From assembly GCA_032083605.1 (NCBI GenBank), contig DAMDNS010000001.1, positions 1-46,143 on the forward strand: 46,143 nt of DNA. Reading direction: 5' to 3'. The stretch comes from Ureibacillus sp. Its GTDB lineage: Bacteria > Bacillota > Bacilli > Bacillales_A > Planococcaceae. How positions within the stretch are numbered: position 1 is the stretch's first letter; every line of letters begins with the position of its first letter. Shown piece after piece: positions 38,235 to 46,143 of the stretch. The position numbers and the translations under genes were made by a program. Under the pieces are notes generated by a model, which was not told the DNA's origin, did no database searches, and worked only from the letters and a program-made list of their open reading frames with translations.

Positions 38235-40013
38235 GTGAATTTTTTGTATCCAATGAATGAGCCTAAACGACCCAATTTTCTTTTTTTAATCGTCGATGAA
38301 GAGCGTTTCTCGCCCTGTTATGAAGATGAAGCATTAAAAGAATGGAGAAAAGAAAATCTTATTACTCAAGAAATTTTACGTGAAAAAGGGCTTACTTTTT
38401 TAAATCATTATATCGGCAGTACTGCTTGTTCCCCTAGCAGAACAACTCTATTTACCGGCCATTATCCATCACTTCATGGTGTCACGCAAACAACCGGGGC
38501 AGCCAAAGGAGCATTTGATCCCAACGTTTTTTGGCTTGGTTCCAATACTGTACCTACTTTAGGCAACTATTTTCGTACAGCAGGCTATCAAACCTTTTGG
38601 AAAGGAAAATGGCACCTTTCAGACGAGGATATTTTAATCCCTGGGACACATGATGCACTTCCAAGTTATCATTCAATTACCGGCATTCCTGATTCTACAA
38701 AAGAAAAGCTCTACGAAAACGCAAATCGTTTAAATGCATATGGCTTTGACGGTTGGATTGGTCCTGAACCTCATGGAGCGGACCCTCGAAACTCAGGATC
38801 TTCAGCAAAAGTCGGAGTAAGTGGACGCGACGAATTTTATGCAGCAGAAGTTGTGGAACTAATTCAATCATTAGAACAAAATCATTACACCCATCAGCAA
38901 CCATGGCTTATTGTTTCTTCCCTTGTAAATCCACATGATATTACACTATTTGGGCTGCTTTCTAGACTCAGCCCTACCTTTAACTTTGAAATTGACCCAA
39001 CAGTTCCAGATATCCCACCGGCACCTACATCAAATGAAGATTTACGAATGAAACCAAAGGCTCAAATGAGCTATAGAGACGTTTATCAAAATGCCTTTCA
39101 GCCAACCATCGATTCCGAGTTTTATAGACAGCTTTACTACTCACTTCATAAAAAAGTAGATGAAGAATTATTTAAAATCTATACTGCCCTTGCTAATTCG
39201 ATGTTCTATGAAGATACCATCATTATTTTCACTTCAGATCATGGGAGTCTACTCGGTGCTCATGGCGGACTGTTCCAAAAGTGGCATAATGCATATGAAG
39301 AGGCTCTGCATGTCCCTTTAATAATCCATAGTCCAAGGCTATTTTCTGTCCCAAAAGAAAATAGCACACTGACCAGTCATGTGGATATTGTTCCTACATT
39401 ATTGGGTCTGGCTGGTATAAATATAGATGACATACAGGAAGAACTTCGTAAAACACATTCCGAGGTACATCCTTTTGTCGGAAGAAACCTTGCACCATCT
39501 ATTACAGGAGAAAATACATGCGGGAGGACAAATGAACCCCTTTATTTTATGACAGATGACGAGGTCACAAAGGGCTTGAACCAAACAACCTTAGATGGGG
39601 AAGTCTATTCATCGGTTATTCAGCCAAATCATTTAGAAACGATTATTATAAAATTACCTACCGGCAAGGATGACGCGGAAGAAATATGGAAATATACCCG
39701 CTATTTCGATAATCCTCAATTTTGGACCACACCAAATTGCGAGGATGTGGAAACATCCCAGCTTTTCACAACAAAGCTTTCAGATAAAAAAGAGGCAACT
39801 ATGTTGATTCATACAGCAAAAACAGAGCCAGTTGAGGAAGAGTTTGAACTCTACAATTTAACCCGCGATCCATTAGAGCAATACAATTTAGTTCATCAAA
39901 TTCATGAAACACCCGAAACTAAGCTCGTTCAGCTTCTTTTATCACAAGTTCTAAGGCAGCAAAGAAAGCAAAAAAGATTATATCCTTCTAATGTAGAACG
40001 AAAGCGCAAGTAA
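38235..40013 (+). CDS. Cys-type sulfatase family protein
   Basis: RPNFLFLIVDE, CSPSRTTLFTG (CxPxR), GKWHL, NPHD, FTSDHG, HVPLII, ELYNL..DPLE. Confidence 0.9.
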   Translation: MNFLYPMNEPKRPNFLFLIVDEERFSPCYEDEALKEWRKENLITQEILREKGLTFLNHYIGSTACSPSRTTLFTGHYPSLHGVTQTTGAAKGAFDPNVFWLGSNTVPTLGNYFRTAGYQTFWKGKWHLSDEDILIPGTHDALPSYHSITGIPDSTKEKLYENANRLNAYGFDGWIGPEPHGADPRNSGSSAKVGVSGRDEFYAAEVVELIQSLEQNHYTHQQPWLIVSSLVNPHDITLFGLLSRLSPTFNFEIDPTVPDIPPAPTSNEDLRMKPKAQMSYRDVYQNAFQPTIDSEFYRQLYYSLHKKVDEELFKIYTALANSMFYEDTIIIFTSDHGSLLGAHGGLFQKWHNAYEEALHVPLIIHSPRLFSVPKENSTLTSHVDIVPTLLGLAGINIDDIQEELRKTHSEVHPFVGRNLAPSITGENTCGRTNEPLYFMTDDEVTKGLNQTTLDGEVYSSVIQPNHLETIIIKLPTGKDDAEEIWKYTRYFDNPQFWTTPNCEDVETSQLFTTKLSDKKEATMLIHTAKTEPVEEEFELYNLTRDPLEQYNLVHQIHETPETKLVQLLLSQVLRQQRKQKRLYPSNVERKRK

Positions 40014-40112
40014 GTACTATGGTATCCTGTCCCATTAACAGGTGAATGCTCGAATAGAATTGGTCTAAAGAACAAAATGGGAGTCACCCATATAAGTGGG
40101 TGACTCCTCTTA

Positions 40113-40622
40113 TTATTTCGCTAGTGCATTTTGAATGTGGGCAAGGTGGTGATTGCCGTGCCATGCGTAAAGTCCGATATTTTTCGCCAGAGTGACAACA
40201 CCCGATTCTGGGTGGGTGAAGGTTAATTGCAGTTGTTCATCAGTTAGATTTTCCAATATATAGACCCATCTTTCATGCAAAGCCTGGATAAATGTTAGTG
40301 AAACTTCAATAGGAAGTTGGGAATCGGAAAGCTCCGCCCATTGATCCTCTGCGTAAGGTTTAATTGTTGGATTATCTTCTGTCAAAGCTAGTTTAAATCG
40401 AATATAGGAGTTCAGATGACTATCTGCAATATGATGGACAAGCTGGCGGATGGTCCAGCCACCTTCTCGATACTTGATTTTAAGCGTTTCTTCACTTGCT
40501 CCATTTACAGCTTTATTTAATCTCGAAGGCAAAGTTTTTATTTCCTGAATCCATTGCTGAATTTCTTCAGCAGAAATACTTTCATTACATGAAAACTGTC
40601 CAATCGGATATCTTTCATCCAT
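40113..40622 (-). CDS. YfiT/BstA-family bacillithiol transferase, paralog 2
   Basis: YREGGWTIRQLVHHIADSHLNSYIRFKLALTEDNPTIKPY.E..WAEL.DS; YAWHGNHHLAHI. Confidence 0.92.
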   Translation of the reverse strand: MDERYPIGQFSCNESISAEEIQQWIQEIKTLPSRLNKAVNGASEETLKIKYREGGWTIRQLVHHIADSHLNSYIRFKLALTEDNPTIKPYAEDQWAELSDSQLPIEVSLTFIQALHERWVYILENLTDEQLQLTFTHPESGVVTLAKNIGLYAWHGNHHLAHIQNALAK

Positions 40623-40646
40623 GTTGACTCCCCCATATCTCTATTT

Positions 40647-41825
40647 TCATACCGCTTTCTTCATAGATAATGCATTTTTGTAGAATACAAGACTTATTAA
40701 AACAATAGCTGCCATGACAAAGTATATTTCACCTACAAAATGCGTTAGAAGCCACCCGCCAAAAATCGGGCCGATAAATCCACCAATATTTTTTAGTTGG
40801 GATGCCCCTAAGTAAGTGGCCTTTTGTGTATCAGGAGCAATTTCCTCAATCATTGCGTTCATCATTGGAAAGGCAAAAATTTCGCCAACCGTAAAGATGA
40901 TCATGGCTACTATAAACAACGTCCAGCTTGAGGAAATATTAAATAATATAAAGCCAAAAGCAAAAAAACACATACCCAGGCTTAAGCTTTTGAAGGTTGA
41001 AATTTTTTCTGTATATACGCTAATAGGCAGCTGCAACAGCAATACAATGGAAGCATTAATGACCAGCAAGGTTGAATATAATTCGACGCCATCTTCTACT
41101 GATAGATTTACTAGCTGCGGTAGTGTTGAATCGTATTGTGAATATCCAAGACCCACCAGGACTCCACCAGCCAGTAAAAGAAGGAGCTTTGTATCTCTTC
41201 CTATAACTTTGAACATTTGCGTAAGTGTCTGCCTCTCTGCCGCCAGTTGCTGTCGCATTTCAAAATGATTAAGTAACCCAATCAAGATAAAGCCATAAAC
41301 CGCATACATAGCTCCAGTAACGATAAATGGAATTACCGCGCTCGATAAACTAGAAATCCAAACACCTAAAACAGGTCCGATTACGCCGGCAATATTGATG
41401 CTTGTGTAGCGTATGGAAAACAATCTCCGGCGTTTTTCTTTTTCCGTAAAATCAATCATTAATGCCTGTGTGGCAGGTTCAAAAAAGGAGCGGCATAACC
41501 CGTTTACACTGCTAAGCAGCATAAATAACCATACACTTTGAACCATTGCGAAACCAAGGAATACCCCACTCCAGACAAAAATAGTAAAGAGAATAACCAG
41601 CTTCCTCCCTAGCTTATCTGTTAAGAATCCTCCAAAAATTCCTCCAAAGGTTGCAAACAGTTGGGCAGCACCGAGGGTTACCCCGATTACTAATGGGGAT
41701 GCATTTAATTCATTATGTAGATAAAGCGCAAGAAATGGGATAGTCATGAAGCTTGCTGCCCGAGTAAATATTGTGCCAAATAAAATGCTCCAAACCAATG
41801 GATGGAAATAGCTTAATCCTTTCAA
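40647..41825 (-). CDS. MFS transporter (MdtH-like)
   Basis: GGFLTDKLGRK motif A; about 12 TM helices. Probable TTG start at 41825 behind AAGAGGTG. Confidence 0.88.
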   Translation of the reverse strand: MKGLSYFHPLVWSILFGTIFTRAASFMTIPFLALYLHNELNASPLVIGVTLGAAQLFATFGGIFGGFLTDKLGRKLVILFTIFVWSGVFLGFAMVQSVWLFMLLSSVNGLCRSFFEPATQALMIDFTEKEKRRRLFSIRYTSINIAGVIGPVLGVWISSLSSAVIPFIVTGAMYAVYGFILIGLLNHFEMRQQLAAERQTLTQMFKVIGRDTKLLLLLAGGVLVGLGYSQYDSTLPQLVNLSVEDGVELYSTLLVINASIVLLLQLPISVYTEKISTFKSLSLGMCFFAFGFILFNISSSWTLFIVAMIIFTVGEIFAFPMMNAMIEEIAPDTQKATYLGASQLKNIGGFIGPIFGGWLLTHFVGEIYFVMAAIVLISLVFYKNALSMKKAV

Positions 41826-41990
41826 AATAAACACCTCTTTATGTTCCACTACTGTATCCTAATGACTAGTAAAACTAAAGTGTAATTAGCACTATTTGGA
41901 TATTTATAAGTGAATAAAAATTGTTCTTGGCGACAAAAAAGAGTGCCTTCCGATCGAGTCGGCTTTGACACTCCTTTCATAAGAGGTTGG

Positions 41991-43208
41991 CTACTTTCTA
42001 ACCATTCCTTCCAATTTTTCTGCTACCTCTGCCAAGGCGATTGTTGCAGAAGATACACTTTCTAATGCATAAGAATTTTGTTCAGATGCAGCGGCAATTT
42101 CAGCCATTTTGAACGAAGAGTTTTGGGCTAATTGCGATACATCCTCAAATGAAGCATTCACTTGTTCCGTACTTGCAGACATTTCTTCAACGACTGCAGA
42201 TAATTCTTGTGTTTGAGCACTTACACTTTCAATGGATGTTAAAATTTCCGTAAATGTGCTACCCGTTACATCTACTAGCTCCAATCCGTTCTTCGTTTCT
42301 TCAGTAGCTCTGTTTGTCATTTCATAAGCTTGGTTCGTATCCACTTGAATCAGCTTAATAATTTCCTCAATTTGTTTTGAGGCTTCCTTCGATTGTTCCG
42401 CTAGAAGTCTTACTTCGTTGGCAACCACCGCAAAGCCTTTCCCATGCTCCCCTGCTCGAGCAGATTCAATAGCTGCATTTAAGGCTAGTAGATTCGTTTG
42501 ATCAGCAATTCCAGTAATTACACCGATAATGCTTCCAATTTTCGTTGACTTATTTTCCAGCTCTTTCATAACGGAGTTTGTTTCATTATTAACTTTATAG
42601 ATTGAATTCATTTGCTCATCAATTTTTCGAATATAGGTATTTCCTAAATTAGCTTGTGTTGTTGTTTCAGAGGCAGATTCCGCCACACTATTTGTTGTTT
42701 TCGCAACACGCCCGATACCGATTGCAATCTCGCTCATTGCTGTAGCACTTTCTTGTATGTTTTTTCCTTGAACATCGACACTGCTGGCTACCTCTTGAAT
42801 CGTAGCTGCCATCTGGCTTGTAGATACATTTGTCTGTTCCGTAGATGTCTTTAAGCTATTCGATGAACCCGCTATTTGTTCTGATAAGTCCCTCAATTGA
42901 CCAAAAATGGATTGAAGATTTCCTCCCATCCCCAGCAACGTTTGAGAAAGCTCTCCTATTTCATTTTTTACTTGCGAGGCTTCCGTAATCTCTTCCCCAG
43001 CCATCATCTGTCGGGCCATCTGTATTGTTTTTTTCAGTGGTTGAGTAATAGATTTATATGTATAAACTGTAGCAATAACTAGAACGATAATTCCAACAGC
43101 ACTAAGTATCGTTGTTAGTATGGATGTGGAAAATAGAATATTAAGTACTAATAAAACAACTAATAAGATATTTGCTATAACAATTGCATTCGTCGCTTTA
43201 ATACCCAT
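41991..43208 (-). CDS. Methyl-accepting chemotaxis protein with two TM helices and essentially no extracellular sensor loop
   Basis: HAMP-like region, then [40 protein letters not shown]. Confidence 0.92.
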   Translation of the reverse strand: MGIKATNAIVIANILLVVLLVLNILFSTSILTTILSAVGIIVLVIATVYTYKSITQPLKKTIQMARQMMAGEEITEASQVKNEIGELSQTLLGMGGNLQSIFGQLRDLSEQIAGSSNSLKTSTEQTNVSTSQMAATIQEVASSVDVQGKNIQESATAMSEIAIGIGRVAKTTNSVAESASETTTQANLGNTYIRKIDEQMNSIYKVNNETNSVMKELENKSTKIGSIIGVITGIADQTNLLALNAAIESARAGEHGKGFAVVANEVRLLAEQSKEASKQIEEIIKLIQVDTNQAYEMTNRATEETKNGLELVDVTGSTFTEILTSIESVSAQTQELSAVVEEMSASTEQVNASFEDVSQLAQNSSFKMAEIAAASEQNSYALESVSSATIALAEVAEKLEGMVRK

Positions 43209-43478
43209 GACGTTTTTACAACTCCTTTTAAATTCACCTACAACAAAAGTAACACTTTTCTGAATTTGTATCCATAGTTCGAAAGTATCTTGATGCAGGA
43301 CTTTAGGTTAGCATAATAGGGAGTAGGTTAGTCCATACTCCCCACCATTAATTTCATTTTATCCAATCGGTCTTTCCTTACTGCTTCTTATATCTGGACT
43401 AGCTCTTTGTTCCGCATAATTACTGCTGCATGGAATTACGTCAACTTTAGAAGTATTTCCCCTTCTTCTTTAAGTCCT

Positions 43479-44444
43479 CTAGCCCTCAAGGCTTTCTCTA
43501 TCTGGCAAAAACCGCTCTTTATACTTTTCTAATATTCTTCCAAACTGTGAGGCGAGTATTTGTTGAAACAGCATGCCGAATACAACGGGCATTACGACTT
43601 TAGCCGGGAAATAGGTTGTCGCTACAACTACCCCGACAGCAATATTCCGCATTCCACCAGTGAACACAATCGTCGAAATGATTTTTGCATCCTTGAAGAT
43701 AAAATGCCCAAAAATTAAACACATCGCATATCCAGAAATATTGACCAGCAAAACAACTATAATAATCCAAACAATTTCCCCTGTAATGTTTTTTAGGAAG
43801 GGAGCAATGGCACTGCTATTTATACCTACGATTAAAAACAAACTGATCTTCTGGAATGGTGCCAGCGTTTTGCCAAGGGTTTGATTGATTTCCCCTTTTG
43901 TCCACTCATTCAATAATACCGCCACAATCGAAGGCAAAACGATCATCCACAATAAATCCAGCATAATGGACATGGTGTCTATTTGAATTTTTTCACCTAC
44001 GACAAAGTGGACTAAGGTTGGTAAAACAATCGGCGACAGAATGGTATCGATCAAGATAATGGATAAACAAAGGGGGAGGTGTCCCCTACAAATACTTGCC
44101 CAGATAAAGCTTGTTATTCCAGTTGGGACCGCAACCGATAGAACAAATCCAATGGTTAATAAATGATCATCAAACAATAGGATAGAAATCAAATACGCCC
44201 AAATAGGCATGACAATATGTAAAAATGCAATCGTAATTAAAATAACCCAGGGATATTTCACAAAACTTCGCAGCCCTTCAAAATTCATGCTTAAGCTTCC
44301 CGCAAAGGTCATAAATGCGAATAACCAAGGAACGAGAAATAATAATTGTCCGCCAACATCTTCTAGCAGAACTCCCATGATTAAGCTAAGAGGCGTTAAA
44401 ATCGGCATTAGTTTTTGGAGGCGACTATTTAATTCAGCTAACAT
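43479..44444 (-). CDS. Bile acid:sodium symporter family protein
   Basis: VPTGITS..W, GGMRN motifs; about 10 TM helices. Confidence 0.87.
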   Translation of the reverse strand: MLAELNSRLQKLMPILTPLSLIMGVLLEDVGGQLLFLVPWLFAFMTFAGSLSMNFEGLRSFVKYPWVILITIAFLHIVMPIWAYLISILLFDDHLLTIGFVLSVAVPTGITSFIWASICRGHLPLCLSIILIDTILSPIVLPTLVHFVVGEKIQIDTMSIMLDLLWMIVLPSIVAVLLNEWTKGEINQTLGKTLAPFQKISLFLIVGINSSAIAPFLKNITGEIVWIIIVVLLVNISGYAMCLIFGHFIFKDAKIISTIVFTGGMRNIAVGVVVATTYFPAKVVMPVVFGMLFQQILASQFGRILEKYKERFLPDRESLEG

Positions 44445-44585
44445 CTAAGGCCTTCTTTCTAATGGATTCTTGTTAGTTTTACTATACGCTTATTTCGTTT
44501 GTTGTTAAATAGTTCCTTAGAAAACAAAAAAGCTTACGACATCAAATCTCGCAAGCTACCTACTTTTTAAATAACCGAAAATTTT

Positions 44586-45152
44586 TCACTTCCAAAATTG
44601 CCACCATACTTTTTTCTTTTTCTCCTTTTCTCGTTCAGCTTCAACCGCTGCGGCAAGCTGTCTTCTTGTTTCCATGGATTCCTTCATTGCATACATCAAT
44701 TTCTTATCTCTTTCTTCGATGCTATTTTTTATATAATGCTCTTGTTTAATTAACTGTTCCAGAAGTTTTTTGTTGAAGTCCATTTGTTCGTTTTTAAATG
44801 CCGAAAATTCTTCAAGCAGTTGGTTGAAGTCCTGCTTTTCTTTAGGCCTCTTCTCTGAGTTGCTTTTTACTTCTTCTACAGTTGTGCCAAGAATTTCACT
44901 TACTGCCTGTTTAATCGTCAGGGAACTAGAGTTTTTAAGGTCGATGATTTTCTTAATTGTTTCAATATCTTTTTTATAGTAAATCCGGTGTCCGTTCTTG
45001 TTTTTCTGAAAGTGATAATTATGCTTTTGCATTAAAGTGCAATAGCCCCTCAGAGTCCTGTCGTGGACACCCACTATCCTGCTAACTGCTTGCGTACTAT
45101 AAATAAGATCTTCACCAGTTGATGTATCGGATACTACCGTTATCTCAGACAT
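44586..45152 (-). CDS. MerR-type HTH plus coiled-coil protein (DUF3967-like; RacA/TubY-like architecture)
   Basis: YST..VS..VGV..RTLR.YC......Y.F.KN.NGHRIY...DI; coiled coil with ERDKKLM; C-terminal KKKKVWWQFWK. Confidence 0.8.
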   Translation of the reverse strand: MSEITVVSDTSTGEDLIYSTQAVSRIVGVHDRTLRGYCTLMQKHNYHFQKNKNGHRIYYKKDIETIKKIIDLKNSSSLTIKQAVSEILGTTVEEVKSNSEKRPKEKQDFNQLLEEFSAFKNEQMDFNKKLLEQLIKQEHYIKNSIEERDKKLMYAMKESMETRRQLAAAVEAEREKEKKKKVWWQFWK

Positions 45153-45176
45153 ACAGATCACCCCTTACTACATACA

Positions 45177-45218
45177 ATTCGCAAAAAGTTACCAGTATCC
45201 TTTAATAATCGTTCTACA
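45177..45218 (-). promoter_or_regulatory. SigH-type promoter with adjacent 0A-box-like site for the MerR-HTH gene
   Basis: AAAGGATAC-N12-GCGAAT; TGTAGAA (1 mismatch to TGTCGAA) at 45212-45218. Confidence 0.55.
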
Positions 45219-45301
45219 AATATAGACATGGAATTGATATGGCCATGAAAAAATCTTCACTTAATTGGGCGGAGCCTGTGGGAGATGGAAATCCTCTTTG
45301 C

Positions 45302-46143
45302 TTTGGTTCGAAACATGAGGGATTGTGACATTTCAGCAGTAGGGGCTCTCTCGTTTGTCACGAAAACTGTGGGAGCGTGACATTCCAATTGAAGATCCTC
45401 CCTGTTTTGTCACGAAACATGCGCTCTCGTGACATTCCAACAGAATATCCTCTCTCGTTTGTCACGAAACATGCGAACTCGTGACATTCCAATTGAAGAT
45501 CCTCTCTGTTTTGTCACGAAACCAGCACACTCGTGACATTCCAACAGAATATCCTCTCTCGTTTGTCACGAAACATGCGCTCTCGTGACATTCCAATTGA
45601 AGATTCTCTCTCGTTTGTCACGAAACTCTCGCACTCGTGACATTCCAACAGAATATCCTCTCTCGTTTGTCACGAAACACTCGCACTTGTGACATTCCAA
45701 TTGAAGATCCTCTCTGTTTTGTCACGAAACACGCGCACTCGTGACATTCCAACAGAATATCCTCTCTCGTTTGTCACGAAAACAGCGCTCTCGTGACATT
45801 CCAATTGAAGATTCTCCCTGTTTTGTCACGAAACACGCGCACTCGTGACATTCCAACAGAAAATCCTCTCTCGTTTGTCACGAAACACGCGCACTCGTGA
45901 CATTCCAATAGAAAGTCCTCTCTCGTTTGTCACGAAACCAGCGCTCTCGTGACATTCCAATTGAAGATCCTCCCTGTTTTGTCACGAAACTAGCGCTCTC
46001 GTGACATTCCAACAGAATATCCTCTCTCGTTTGTCACGAAACACGCGCATTCGTGACATTCCAATTGAAGATCCTCTCTGTTTTGTCACGAAACCAGCGC
46101 TCTCGTGACATTCCAACAGAATATCCTCCCTGTTTTGTCACGA
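45302..46143. repeat. 52-bp tandem palindromic repeat array (satellite), 16 or more units, truncated by the window end
   Basis: GTCACGA recurs exactly every 52 bp from 45357 to 46137, with a degenerate first unit at 45302. Unit: TTTGTCACGA-N11-TCGTGACA-TTCCAA-(CAGAATAT|TTGAAGAT)-CCTCTCT(CG|GT). Confidence 0.97.

Noticed and set aside
45302..46143. CRISPR array interpretation of the 52-bp repeats
   Set aside because: The variable part is only an 11-nt loop of related sequences and the linkers alternate between two types. There are no unique 30-40 nt spacers and no cas genes in the window.
45354..46143. Array as tandem Spo0A boxes or as a repetitive protein gene
   Set aside because: TGTCACGAA differs from TGTCGAA by a 2-nt insertion. 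The period is not a multiple of 3 and both strands carry recurrent TGA stops.
1..46143. Prophage, defence island, riboswitch, tRNA/rRNA or intact transposase
   Set aside because: No recognisable integrase, phage, restriction, toxin-antitoxin or transposase ORFs, and no canonical riboswitch or structural RNA motifs were seen.

Overview
Low-GC chromosomal segment from an endospore-forming Bacillaceae bacterium, mostly minus-strand core and stress genes. It holds oppA-oppB, a PadR plus HAAS-type membrane protein pair, a TauE/SafE exporter, a FusB-like EF-G protection protein, an EAL plus CBS-GGDEF pair, and a GerA-type receptor operon whose C subunit is frameshifted. Next come vmlR with its attenuator, VOC/DinB/YfiT detoxification genes, a CYP152 P450, BCCT and OpuC osmolyte transporters, and corA. 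The distal part has a large secreted M14 peptidase, a Rieske oxygenase, a sulfatase, an MCP and a RacA/TubY-like MerR-HTH protein. No prophage, intact IS, CRISPR, rRNA or tRNA was seen. The most striking unexplained structure is a non-coding array of exact 52-bp units (45302 to the window end, 16 or more units), each carrying the palindrome TGTCACGA-N11-TCGTGACA. It has a 104-bp A/B higher-order alternation and lies directly upstream of the RacA/TubY-like gene, which has a SigH-type promoter. Other signals missing from the ORF track: a leader-peptide attenuator before the CD3324-family gene, two tandem SigG-type small transcription units with paired ends (ypzG and a probable ncRNA), a four-repeat Pho box before the c-di-GMP genes, four SigB promoters, a MITE-like element and a second degenerate palindrome array. 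All calls are by-eye recognition with no database searches.
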